DNA of 63,841 nt, filler included, from Blastocystis sp. subtype 4 (GCF_000743755.1; 3 parts of 3 records of this genome joined end to end with filler, not necessarily neighbours in it), one strand, 5' to 3'; counted from the whole stretch's first letter, positions 26,621 through 39,297 are shown. Translations and numbers: made by a program. Notes: generated by a model not told the origin, from the letters alone.

Positions 26621-27604
26621 ATGAATGAGAAGTCCATACTACATCGGATAGAGGACTTTCTCTCGGGATCACTAACTGGAGGTAGGAGTGTTGGTAAGCT
26701 ATAATTCTAGTGGCTACACGATTTGTTATCGCCCCTTTAGATGTGGTAAAGATTCGGTAGGAGGAATTCCATTTTTTCATTGCAGACTTCAGACTCAAAA
26801 CATTCGATATGGGGAAAAGAAGTACAAAGGAACATTCCAGACAATGTTTAAGATTGGAAAAGAAGAGGGTATCACACGATTATGGAGGTAGGGAATATCG
26901 ATCCTTTGAACGTAGTGGAAACCTAATTGCAGAGATTTATTGGTTTTTATACTCGGGTGTCCAATTTGCGAGTTATGAAGCGGTTCAGGAGTTGGCAGGA
27001 AACACTGTTCATTCTTCTTTTATATCTGGAGCATTATCTGCATCAATTACAACATTGGTAACATATCCTTGCGATCTTTTACGTACTCGCTTTGTGTATC
27101 AAGGAAATGAACGATTATATCGTCATATTATAAGTGGTACTCACTCTATTATCCAAAGTGAGGGTTTTTTTGGATTGTATAAAGTATCATTTGTAATTAT
27201 CTTTAACATATAGGGTTTTCTCCCTTGTTTAATTAGTATTGTTCCTTATATGGGCTCCTGCTTTTATATTTTAGAATTGTTAAAATCCAAACGTTTGCTT
27301 TTGTCTCTATTCTAACTCGTAGTCGGTGATACTCCTTCTCGAAGTACTGTTTATGGTGCGGTATCCGGTGTTATAAGCAAAATCCTTGTGTATCCTCTTG
27401 ATACAGGAAAGAAGCTGTTACAAGTATATCGATTATCGCCTAAGAAGCAAACTGTTGCTGAGTTTCTATCGTGTCAGTACCGAGCGACAGGAGTGCGTGG
27501 ATTATATGCAGGTGTCGTTGCTGCCATTCTGAAAAGTGGTTTGAGTTCGGGCCTTATTTTCGGGTTTTATGCGTTTGCAAAAAAATATCTTTGGGGATCA
27601 ACAT
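26621..27604 (+). CDS. Mitochondrial carrier, thiamine-pyrophosphate carrier-like (SLC25A19/TPC1)
   Basis: TRFVIAPLDVVKIRLQ, LWSGNL.AE...LYSGVQF, TYPCDLLRTRF, YPLDTGKK. Likely ends LWGST with a poly(A)-made stop (genomic TAG 27616-27618). Confidence 0.82.
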
Positions 27605-27639
27605 TGGTTGTTTGTTAGCAAATAAGAGAAAGGACAGAA

Positions 27640-28496
27640 TTAAACAGGACGAACATACTTGTTACCATAGCCTAATTCACTGCCTCCACTGATGATGTTA
27701 TCCGTTCCTGTTGAATAGGTAGCATCTGCAGCCAAAAAGAGAGCAAGTTTACCACACTCTTCAATCGTACCGAGACGACGAATATGTTGCTGATCCTCTT
27801 CGCATTGCAACGTCTTTTTGGGATCCGAAGTGGCATTCACCCATTCTTCAAATAGAGGAGTCCAAATACCACCAGGAGAAATGCTGTTTACACGAACATT
27901 ATTCGTACCTTCGTCAATAGCAAGAGCACGTGTCATTGCATGAATTGCACCCTTTGTTGTACAATAAGTGACAGCATTCTTCTGTCCCATACTACCGACA
28001 AGACTACTGACATTAATAATATTGCCATGAGTCTTTCGGAGATAGGGAAGACAGAATTTACTCATCAAGAAGTAGGAAACAACGTTCAGCTGGAAGAGAT
28101 CCATCAAATCTTTTCCAGAAAAAGCATCGATAGTATTAGGACTAGGATGATATCCAGCATTGTTGACCAGACAGTCAATCTGACCATACTTGTCAACAGT
28201 GAAATCGACAAGGGCCCTCAAATCCTCCTCCTTACTCACATCACAAGCTTTAAAAGCAGCTTCTCCAATCTTTAAGGCATTCATTTTGGTCTCCTAACAA
28301 TGAGGGTCTCAGTGAGGTAACGTACAAAAGCCATTCCTTCTGTAGAATTACGGCAACAGAAGACTACTTTTGATCCATTCTTTATAAACTCTTCAACTAC
28401 AAATGAAACACAAACTCCAGATGTACCGATTCCGGCTCCAATTCCCTTTGATCCACCTGTAACAATCACAACCTTATTCAAATATCGCAAAGCCAT
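27640..28496 (-). CDS. HSD17B14: Short-chain dehydrogenase, HSD17B14/L-fucose dehydrogenase-like
   Basis: TGGSKGIG, DCLVNNAGYHP, LPYLRKTHGNIINVSSLVG, YCTTKGA, ALAIDE, NSISPGGIWTPL, GGSELGYG. Confidence 0.85.
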
Positions 28497-28639
28497 CTTA
28501 TTCTGTGTAGAAACAAAGTAATAATTGTGGATGACACTCGCAGTGAACCCACGGGAATTCTCTGTAGTTGGTATTGTATATTACTCTTTTATTTCAACGT
28601 ATATTCTTTATAAATTGAAGAAAATATATGCGAGTCCAT

Positions 28640-29656
28640 TTTGAGCTCATTACTATTAGGTTTTGTTGTTCACAAGAAGAGAAATTGAGTGAGTAATGTT
28701 CCCGCGGTTTAGAATGTAGTACCTTTGGTAGTTCTTCATCCAATCAACTACTGATGATCAATATCCCGCGGTTAAGTTGATATAATTCGTGCTCCAATAA
28801 CCCCCACTTTCTCATCATCTGGTTGGCTGAACGATATTAGTGGAACAAACAAGAGAGCTCGAAAACAACCATAGCAGGCAAAGGAAGAATAGTATACTAT
28901 GCTAGTGTGAAAGTGTTTTAAAGGGTGTATCACACATCGACTTGATAATCTCTATATTGTTCAGGTACAACCGATATCCAATCCTTGGAGAATGATTGGA
29001 GTAGAATTCCATCGGTGGAGCAGCGATTTTGATTTCTTTTTTTGAAGCTGTAGAGACCAATGTGTCAAATCTACATATGTATCCATAACAATAGAACTAC
29101 GCCTTCCTTATTCCAATTCCGTAAGAGATGAAGTTGCGATAAGGAAATTCAACACTAAGTCTCACCCATAAATTCAACAACGAACGCTAAACATATTCCT
29201 GCAGGGATACGAACATATGATACACTATTCAGAGCAAGAATATCTAAAACATCCTCTGTAACTTCAAAAGCAACAGCCCATCGAGATACTAGAAAATAAA
29301 ACGAAAAAAGAATGTGAAACGAGGATTCGTGAAACGAGGATCGTCATAATAGATATGTACCTCAGTTGTATTATTTACAACATTGGGACACAATTTCATC
29401 AATTCATTTCTCAAGAGTCTTCCCTGATGGTCGATTTCAAGAAAGGGAGCATTGAAATTACTGTAACTATCATTTACAGTATTAGAAAATAACGTACGCA
29501 AGAATAAGCTCCTCTGTTTCTTTCGTCACACACTGCACAACACTATTTCGTTATTTCCTTTAACAATTATGACGAGAAGAAACCCATATATCCTAGAAAT
29601 ACAATTATGAATGCTAGAAGACCGCCCACGATTGCCCATTGGAAATAGCCTTCCAT
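28640..29656 (-). CDS. Hypothetical protein with N-terminal hydrophobic segment, multi-exon
   Basis: ATG 29656, hydrophobic start, short GT-AG introns; no family recognised, ends approximate. Confidence 0.35.
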
Positions 29657-29752
29657 TCCACTATCAATGAGTTACAGCATATATTCAAACCGAAAGTGAG
29701 TTATACAAAGAAAATGATGCTTGAAGCGAACAACTCAAAATATCAAGAATAG

Positions 29753-31130
29753 ATGGAATTTGAGAAAATAAGGAATTCTTGCAATAGCCAATTTCGGAGG
29801 ATATTGTGGGATTCCTTTCGCCTCTTCTATGCTACTAACAGAATCATACCAAACCATTCTTCTGCACTTAATGGTATTGGATTTAATGACGAAACGAAAC
29901 ATTACCATTTCGCTAATCCAAAACAGACACAAATCCATTTGAATATAAACTATTCTTTGTATTTACTGGAAATACATCTGAGATATTGGAAGAGAATAGA
30001 AACCGCATGGAGTTGGGTCTGAAGGGTCTTATTCTCATGAATAGTCGTTCTGACCTCAATCGATTCAACTCATCATGTACATCCAGACTGCATATGTATC
30101 GGGATTATCCTTCACCAAATACTGGAGCTTCAAATTTAGTGTCATCCATAAGTGAGAAACTATTCTTTGGATAATAATAAGATGATAACAGGAAACGACA
30201 ATCTCCTTCGCCTATTTGTTGTCAGGATAATGAACTTCCAGATATTCGGTGGAAAAGACGACGTGTTACGATTCTGAATGCTATTCGTATGTATAATATA
30301 GAGTAGTTGAGAGTAGGTGAACTAGAGGGAGATACAACGAAAGAGTCATCAACACAGCCTTCTATCTCGAAACAGACTATGAAAATGAATATACAACTAA
30401 TGAAAGGGGAGATCCCTCAAATCTATTCAGATTTGCTCACGCGATTTAAGGTAGTAGATGTATTTTTGAAGTGCAATTATCCTCGTGTGATGAATATTAA
30501 GGATATCCATAACATTCTCTTGTTGACTGATCATCATCTGTCCTTTTTGGAAGAGCATGTTGCTAGCATTATGTACCTGTATCGTTATCCGGACGAGAAA
30601 GAGGTTGCTTATGAATTGGGTCGAGTGATTCCTCGTTCTCCCATTGATATTTCATTTCTAACACTTCAGTTACCGCATGTTCAGAGTCATCTATCAACAC
30701 AGGTACTCGTTAATTTGAGTTCGACTCGTAATCTCAACCAACTCTTTGCATCCATGGATCAGGAACAGCACGAAGATGATCTTCGACGTAGATATGATCA
30801 AATGAACAGAAACATAAACTGTTACATTGAAGACAAGTATAAGGATTATTTAAGTAGAACAAACCAAAGACCATGCAAAGATGGTCGTATTGTGAGTTTC
30901 ACAATGGTTGAGCTAGGAGAGATGCCAAAAGCCTCACTCCCTCTGCCTCTCACTTTTGTTGTTCTTACACCTGATGATGTACTGAAAGACTTTCAACGTG
31001 ATGTAGACAAGGCAGTAAGTATTCACATTGTTTGTTAGTGTAGGTTGATGAGAATCGACTTGTACCCTCTGCAGTTCAATTCAAACAGAGAAACGAACAT
31101 GGATTTGATTTCGATTTAGATGATGTTTGA
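29753..31130 (+). CDS. Hypothetical protein, multi-exon, acidic C-terminus (FDFDLDDV*)
   Basis: ORFs 29753, 29986 and 30307 joined by ~30-nt introns. Confidence 0.55.
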
Positions 31131-31186
31131 CCACTTTTCATTTTTTTTTGCTTCTTTTCTTTTTCTATTTGTTTAAGCTATTCAAG

Positions 31187-32739
31187 ATGACACCTGCATT
31201 CTGTAGGTTTCTTTGTATAGTCCTACCAGTTGGATTGTTGTCATACCGACTGTACTCACAATATCCAATTCATGCTTTTTTTCTTGTAATTTCTCTACTC
31301 TTCAACACTATTGCAGAATGGCAGCATTGCAAGGACGTAGGAATTGTCATTTTACTTTCCTTTAGAAATCTACTCCTTTCAGTCATCTCAAGTTACGTTC
31401 ACACAGTCCCAAGTATTATGTCGAATCGTTGTCACTCTGTACGGTCATTGCTGGTATTGTCTCGCTAAACTATCACACACCATTTCTTGTTTCATTGTTT
31501 ATCTATGCAGACTGTATCTTTGGATTATGGAGTCTCTTTGCTTTCTTTCAAATGTCCTTGTTTCGTCGAATCACCATTGTGACTCTTCCTGTATTAATCC
31601 AATTGTTTTATAAATCAGATTCCTTATTTATCGGTTGTTTACTCACCGGTTGTGTGCTAAATCTCTTCTTCTATCGGATTTTCCCTCGTATTTCCAACTG
31701 CTTTTCTCTCTCGGAGATGGTTCTCTATTTGAAATGGATGCTACTTCTCCTGTTTTTGGTATTCCAAGAAGCTACTATTGTTGCAACAAGAGTGTCTGCA
31801 ACGATTGTAATTCTTTCAGTATCTCTCACTGCTATTGTTCTTTCTTTCTATTCATTTGTACCGTTTGTCCAATCCCATCCATGGGTTATCTATTCGTTCA
31901 TTGTTGCTGGTGCCTCTATTGAGATTGGGTGTCTCTCTTACATAATTCAGGAGCCGTTCATCTCATGGTTTCTTCAATGGTTCTTCAAGATCTCATCCGG
32001 TTTTACCCTCGAGCGCTTTTGGATGCTTGTTTATTGGGCAACATGTCTGATTGCTGCTTTCAGTTTCGTTTCGAATCGCTTCATCACCAGTCAACCTGTG
32101 ATTGTTCAACGAAAGTATTTCCATTACTTAAGTGTAATTCTGTTCCTTCCTTGTACACTTCTCGACCCTCAATTTATGGAGTTGGTGTTATCTACTATTT
32201 TTTATTGTAGAGTTGCCTTTGCTTTTGCGCTGTTGGTTCTCCTACTCCTCGAAATTGCTCGAATTGTATCGATTCCTCCATTTCAATGGGTTGACGGCTT
32301 TATGAAACAATATGTTGATGAGCGTGATCAAGGTCCCCTAATTCTGACTCACTTTTCGCTTCTATTTGGTTGTGCACTTCCTCTGTGGATCACTCCCAGT
32401 TCTGATCTATGGTGTCAACTGGCTGGAATCAGTAGTCTTGGTATAGGAGACTCTACCGTATTTTCTGTCATGTTGAGTAATTCATAGGCAGCAATCATTG
32501 GATACTTCTTTGGAAGACATCGATACCAAAATGGCAAATCTGTTGAAGGAACTCTCGGTTTCATTATCGGAGATCTCATTTTTTATGTTCTGGTTTCTGT
32601 TTGGGAACAAAAGAGAGTGACCTTGGGATTGGTTTTGGGCATTGTAGCAACCTCCTTGATGGAAGCAGTTGAAGAAGAATTAGACAACTACATATTACCT
32701 ATGTACTATCTATCTATTGTCTCTTTAGTCCCGTATTGA
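31187..32739 (+). CDS. DOLK: Dolichol kinase
   Basis: Multi-TM; RKYFH, DERDQGPLILTHFSLLFGCALPLW, LGIGDS..AIIGYFFGRHR...KSVEGT, LDNYILP; TGTTTGTT at 32742-32749. Confidence 0.93.
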
Positions 32740-32753
32740 AGTGTTTGTTTTTG

Positions 32754-33180
32754 ATGTCTACGATAGTTGACCAGATTACGTACACTGGCAGTGAGTCTAT
32801 TAACATGCCAACTAAATATTATGAGAGACCCGGAATGTCTCCAATGGCATCTAGAACTAGTTTGATATGATATGTAGGTTGACTCACTAGATTTCGGTAA
32901 AATATCGCAAGTTCGGTCATTTAAAACAGAATGTATTCTGAATCAACAAGGAGTATCCGTTTTCGAATTTCGCTTATATGTCAGATTCCTCCCTATCATA
33001 CAGATTATATGAATAACCTTTCCATCCGGAATGGACATCAGCTCAAGTACGATTTGTGTAATTCTTTCAGCAAGCAGAGTAGATCATCAACTATATCTTC
33101 TTCACTTATCATCGGATATACGGGAAAAGGAACAGAATGTTGTTGACTATGGATCTACCTTCCCCACTACATTCATTTAG
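32754..33180 (+). CDS. Small hypothetical 3-intron gene (~110 aa) mostly missed by the ORF track
   Basis: ATG 32754, three 31-32-nt GT-AG introns give an open frame to TAG 33178-33180, followed by TGTTTATT. Confidence 0.5.
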
Positions 33181-33204
33181 ATCTTGTTTATTAAGACAAA
33201 CACG

Positions 33205-33946
33205 TCATCTAGAATGAGGATCAGATGGAGATGCAGAATGACGTTGAGAAGACGACGAACGGCTCTGGGAACGTGAAGAATAACTGCGGGAACGCGATGA
33301 GTAACTCTGCGAACGAGAACGCGATGATGAGTAACTGCGTGAACGAGAGTGAGATCGAGAAGAATGATGTCGGTAACAATTGTATACACGAATATATCTT
33401 GATTCGCCTCCACTTCGAAGCTTCGTATCATCCAACTTTCTCACTGCCCGTTTCATCGCGTCATATGTATCATATTCAACAACAGCATAGTTTCGCCGAA
33501 TAGCACAATAGCCAACTTCACCAACTGTGCGCATGTAGTCCTTCAAGTCCTATGAATCGCAACTCTCTTCTGTCCAATACCTGCCAACTACACCCATGTG
33601 GCAAATGCGTTACTTCCACTCTATACGGACTACGACGTGGAGGTCCCATTCTCACCGGTTTCTGCTTTCCTTCGAACTTCTTGCCTCGAGTAAACTCAAC
33701 TCGGATTTTATTTCCCATAAACATCGTTCCGTTTACTGCATTTAGTGCATTCTCCGCATCTTCCTCTTTATCAAACTCCACAAAGGCATAGACGGCACCT
33801 TTCGCCCAATCCTTTACAGCAATGTCAATGATCTTTCCAAACTACAATTCAGTTTCATTTCGTCTTCATACCCTCGAAAACAAGTTATCCAGATCCGCAC
33901 TTTTTACTCCATACTCCAAGTTTCCAATATACAATCTCCCAGACAT
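33205..33946 (-). CDS. SR splicing factor, SRSF1-like (RRM + pseudo-RRM + RS tail)
   Basis: RLYIGNL, YAFVEFD, SWQDLKD (across an intron), RS repeats; TGTTTGTC at 33195-33202. Confidence 0.92.
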
Positions 33947-34123
33947 TGTTTGATTATCTTTTCATTTATTTATTTTATGTGGATTCATCCTTTTTCGGAT
34001 ACTTAGAATTAATGGAACACAAAAACGAGAGCCTTGACTTTTCTGTAGAAATAACACTCTCACTACTTCCATTTGTCAGATTGTATCCTTGGATTTGTTA
34101 TTTAATATCGCTATTTCTTTCTC

Positions 34124-35240
34124 ATGGGGGAATCCAAACCCTCTCTTTGTGTGGATCTACTTGCAGGATTTGTACGAAACTTCCAGAAATTATAATAGAC
34201 TAGGTTTCAGGCGCAACCTGCAAATTGTATGAACATCCCTTTGATACCATTAAGGTCCTGATGCAAGTGAATCCAAAGGTGTTTTATTTATGTTGCTTTC
34301 ATATCTAGGGTGTTTATCGCAACTCGTTTGATTGCTTGAAGAAAACAGTCTCGCTTTATGGATTCAAGGGATTATTCAGAGTATATGTCATTTCTTCCAT
34401 GAATACCAGGGACTTCAGTTTCCCCTTATTGGGAGTGTAGCTGAAAATGGTCTCACATTTGTCTCTTATAGCTTTTGTAAACGATGTTTGGGCGTTACAG
34501 GTAACCATGTTGTGAGCATGTAACTGCAGAGTCTGAGCAGATGACCCTAACCCAAATGGTCCTTTCTGGGATGGGTTCTGGTGTATGTATTTCCTTTTTG
34601 TTGACTCCTGTTGAGCTTTTGAAATGCAATCTCCAAGTCACTGTTTGATTCCTTTCTTACCCTAGATTGAACAATCGTTTTCAAACAGTCCAAATCCAAA
34701 GAAACTCACAACAATGGGTGTAATTCGCAAAGTGGTTCGCGAAGGTGGATTCAATGGATTGTTTCGTGGTCTGAATGTGACCCTTCTTCGAGAGATTCCA
34801 GGTACGATGATCTGGTTTGTTGCATATGAACTGGCACTTCGTTGTTTCAAGCAGCCAGGTCACTCTCGAAACGAAGTGTCTCTCTGGGGCATTTTCTCTG
34901 CCGGAGCTATTAGGTGACACCTATGTCTTTGGTTGATTCCTAGTGGTGCAACCTATTGGAGTCTGATTTATCCCATTGACACTGTGAAGTCGATTATGCA
35001 AACAGATCCGAAGTATTCAAGTCAAATTCAACAAGGCAAATCGCGACTCGCTTCTACAAGCAAGTATTTGGTTCGTCTAGTTCGGTCAAATGTCTCTTTG
35101 TTTAATGATTCTATAGAAGTTTGGGGCTGAAGGGTCTGTATAGTGGTCTTGGATTCACCATGTTTCGAGCGATCCCAACAAATGCCATCCTTTTTCTCAG
35201 TTATGAGTATTCAGCAAGATTGTTTAGCAAGTTCTTTTAG
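34124..35240 (+). CDS. Mitochondrial carrier, ornithine/basic amino acid carrier-like
   Basis: HPFDTIKV, GSVAEN, TPVELLKC, REIPG, YPIDTVKS, RAIPTNA. Confidence 0.85.
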
Positions 35241-35295
35241 AGTATTCTTTGTTACAATCTTTCTCCATTCATTTTTTCGATCCTTGTTTGATCCT

Positions 35296-36439
35296 ATGGA
35301 ATCTGCTCCCACCCAACTTGGAGAACCCGGATCCATCGTTAGATCCTCTCACAAGCCCCTTAATGACGAAAATGAGAAACTATCTCTTTACAAACAAGTG
35401 TGTATCATTGGCTTATGCAAGCAAGGCGATGTCCGTTTCTGTAGAGTAGAAGTATTAATGGTCTATTTTGAGATCACGTGCAGGATGACAATAGTCAAGT
35501 GGCTATGAAAGTCATTCACAAGTGTCTAGTTCCATCCGAAGATGATGCTAAGAAACTCTGTTCGCAGTTGAACCATCTTATGACTCTATCGCATCCCTTC
35601 ATTCTCAATACACGAGACATATTTCAAGGTAAGAACGAAGGAATCTTGTGAAGAATAGACGAAAAGAAAATCTACATCATTTCGGACTTTTGCTCTGGAG
35701 GAAATCTATACTCCATGCTACAGACCTTCGGTCAACTCAACGAGTCTCATGTCCAGTTCATCGCTGCTCAACTTATACTAGCCCTGCGATATCTCCATGA
35801 AAAGAACTGTATCTTCTGCAACCTGATTGCAGAAAACGTTCTCATCGATAATCGGGGCTTTGTACACCTCACAGGGTTTGGGCACACACTATTTGACGTT
35901 AAGAAACCCTATTATGGAGTCACAGGATTCACAGAATGTTTGTCACCTGAAATGTTACTTAACAAGGGTATAGACGAATCACACGACTACTGGATGCTCG
36001 GATGTCTTCTCTATGGTTGGGAATTAACAGGTAACTGATTTATAGAGCTCCTAGAAGGCCATCTTCCCTTCCAAGGAGACACCGTATCCGATACCTTACA
36101 AGCGATCCTCGTCTGTAAGGTATCGTACAAGCATGCTACACCAGTGGCACAACAATTCATCAACTCGTTCCTAACATCGCGTCCCTCGAAAAGGCTAGGA
36201 AGAGATTTTCGAGCTCTCCAAAATCATGAAGTATAGATTAAGGATCCTATTGATTGTAGTTCTTAAAAGGAGTTGACTGGAAGAATCTTGAGACATTGAG
36301 CCTCACATCGCCACTCATTCGCATTAACAAGACCGGAGATCCTACCTGTTATTGTTCGCACTTTAAAGAGGACATTGTGGATGAAGGAGATGGAACTGTG
36401 CAATACTACAATGAAATCTTTTTGAATTCACTCAATTAG
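35296..36439 (+). CDS. AGC-group kinase-like pseudokinase
   Basis: VAMK, SHPFI, DFCSGGNL, YLHEKNCIFCNLIAEN, LTGFG, LSPEML, DYWMLGCLLYELLEG, KRLG, FLKGVDW; 3' end approximate. Confidence 0.8.
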
Positions 36440-36725
36440 ACGTTGGCAGAGTAGTTGGATGATTCACCTTGTTGACTCCATGTTTGTGAAATGAAACACA
36501 ATCATAAGGTAGATTAATCTACCTTACCGATTCCATTAGCAATAACGCTACTCATCTCCTCCAACATTTTTCTCTATCCCTTCTGGTTATCAAACAAATC
36601 ATCTTGTATAGTATTTCTTCTACGTAAAAGGATTCTCTGTTGAATATTACCCTTTTCTAGAAGGTAGAAAAAACTACCATCTCATGAAACAGATCATTTT
36701 AACAATAGACCTGGACAAAGGAAGA

Positions 36726-37774
36726 ATGGCAACGAAACAATCAAATGCGCGTTTAATGGCTAAGGATCTGATTGCTGGATGTTTCGGTGGAATTGGTATT
36801 GTTGCTGTTGGTCATCCTTTCGACACACTGAAGGTGAATATCCTTAACCTAGAATGTCAATACGTTCCTTAACAGTACGATTGCAGACTCAGAGTCGTGA
36901 GAATCCCTTATACAAGAACATGACCGATTGTATCAAGAAGACCATTAAGTGGGAGGGCTTTGGAGGATTCTACAAGGGATTTGTATCTCCTCTGTGGGGT
37001 AGAAGTGACTAAATCTTCTAAGTTGTAGGTAATATGCTTTTCAATGCTGTACAATTCCTCACCTATGGTCAGATGAAGGAGATTATTGGTCATGGGGCTA
37101 TTCTTTCCCTCCCCCAAACCTTTGTTGCTGGTGCCTGTACAGGTGTAGCTGTTTCTTTTGTGGAGACCCCCATGGATTTGTTCAAGTCTCAGATTCAGGT
37201 CCAGATCATTCGCGCTAAGGCAAATCCTGAGTACAAACCTGAGTTCACGACTGTGGGAAGTTGCATTAAGAAGATTATCAAGGTCAACGGTATCCTCGGA
37301 TGCTATCAGGGCTTCTGCACTACACTTTGCCGTGATGTTATCGCTGTGTCTCTTTACTTTGGTGTCTATGAATGGTATCGTCGTGCCTTGTTGAAGAAGG
37401 ATCAGGTAGTCTTCTTTTTCGTCCCTTAGGAGTAGCCTCTGAGTGATATGCAGTACCAAGGTATGTTCACCCAGTTTATGGCCGGAGGTATTGGAGGTGT
37501 TGCCTACTGGGTTGGTATTTATCCCATCGATATTGTGAAGGTAGTTCTACTTGATTTGATTGATTTTTAGTCGCAATTGCAAGTTGATAGTATCGTGAAG
37601 GCGGAGCGTCAGTATAAGGGCTTTATGGATTGCGCAAAGAAGGTCTATGCTTCTGGAGGTGTAAAGGCCTTTTTCCCTGGTTTTACCCCTTGTATCATTC
37701 GTGCCTTCTTAGGAAATGCCGCTTGTTTCGTTTGCTATGAGCAGAGTAAGGCTGTTATGAACAAAATATTCTAA
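36726..37774 (+). CDS. Mitochondrial carrier, carnitine/acylcarnitine or amino-acid carrier-like (SLC25A20/29 group)
   Basis: VGHPFDTLKVRLQTQ, GFYKGFVSPL, ETPMDLFK, YPIDIVKS, RAFLGNA; TGTTTGTT at 37811-37818. Confidence 0.88.
36838..36878 (+). other. U12-type AT-AC intron (41 nt)
   Basis: Perfect ATATCCTT donor and TTCCTTAAC branch point, ending AGTAC; restores K-V-R-L-Q-T-Q, whereas the GT-AG alternative frameshifts. Confidence 0.93.
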
Positions 37775-37999
37775 CTGTACACATGATGGAGTTCATGTCT
37801 CGTTTGGTTCTGTTTGTTCATTATCTCTCATTTTGCAACTCATAGTATGTTCGATTATGAAGCCGCCTTCGAAAGATTCGTTTCAGGTTAGAAACCGACT
37901 CTTTTTTGAACACACTGTGCAGTCCAATACACGGAGAGATCTCCTTATTAACACGTAACAAAGTCGCAGTTTTCGAAATTGTAATAAAATCTGCGAAGT

Positions 38000-39243
38000 A
38001 TGCCCTATCTTACTCCCATCACTGAAAATGGAAGACGTAAGCGTTTTTACGAGGATATTAAATGTATAGCATTGGATAGTGTCTGTTCATTTTGTGGGAA
38101 GTCAGCAAGGGGCATACGGTCGCTGGATTGTGGAATTCACTACATATGTGATTCCTGCAGCCAGATACGGCACATACAGACTGTATGCCCCTTATGCTAT
38201 CGAAGGAATCAGCATCTGATCAGTCGGGTAGGTGTTTCAACATATCATTACGAATAGCCTAATGAAATAAACCATAGCATATACTCAAGCAGATCAGACA
38301 ATATTTCACAGCCTTATAATCCGCCATCTTCCTCAATCTTCCCCTCCTTACCAGTTGTTAGTCCGTCTTCCTCTTATTCTTTTCAGCCTGACTTTGGAAC
38401 CTCAGTCCCATCTACTCAGAGTCTTCCGGCTTATCCAGCGCAATCATTTTCCAATACATATGTAGGCATTGAGTTAAGATCTGATCGTAGATACAATTGA
38501 ACGATAATTTACCTGTGTACTCCGGTGCACTCCCTTGTTCACCTGCTATTCCGATCAGTTCACGGAGTATGGAACAGAACTCTGTTTCATACAATTATCC
38601 ATCACAAGTTCCCCTTTATGGAGAAGTGGAACCTAGTCCTCAGATTGAGATGGAAATCCAGGCAGCAATGAAGAGTCTGACTGGTCCTGCTGTTGAGGAT
38701 TGTGAGCATTCAGATCCACACTATCAGCAAGTACTTTACGGAAGTCCAATGTATGCGGTTCCTATAACTCACCACAATGTGACACCTTCAGTTCTCCCCG
38801 TTTATAACTCCTACACCGAACCTGACCCAACTCCACAAGTCAAGGAGATGCCTTTGTCGCTTCTGACACGAGCCCTTTCTAAGCTAGGCAAGATGTTGAA
38901 GCATCGGCCTCGGGAAAACCAAACAACACCCGAACCACATGTTGACTTCTACAAATTCCCTACAGCGAGTAGTTACGTTCCTTCAGGATATGAAACCTAT
39001 TCTGTTGGAGAGAACACGAGTTATCCACCTCCTCCTGTCTATCCGGCAAATCCCATTGTACCCGAATCAAGTTCCGTGTATTTACAGCAGACGCCTCCTC
39101 CTGGAGTAAATTCGGCTACTAGACATCCTGTAGTAAAGGAGAGTTTGTGTGATATGTAGAGTCTTGTCCTACGGAAACAACAACATGGAACTCTGGATGA
39201 GAATGCAGTGAGACAGCTTTGGGACTCGCGTCGTGTGACATAA
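38000..39243 (+). CDS. RING-like zinc-finger protein with Pro/Ser/Tyr-rich tail
   Basis: CSFC...CGIHYICDSC...CPLC; last exon ends TAA 39241-39243; TGTTTGTT at 39261-39268. Confidence 0.65.
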
Positions 39244-39297
39244 TGTGCTTTATGTGGAATTGTTTGTTCCCAGAAAACAGTCATATATGAATTAGAA

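Noticed and set aside
33240..33370. Short repeats such as GAACGCGATGA...GTAACT (CRISPR-like?)
   Set aside because: Encode the RS domain of the SR protein; no repeat-spacer structure.
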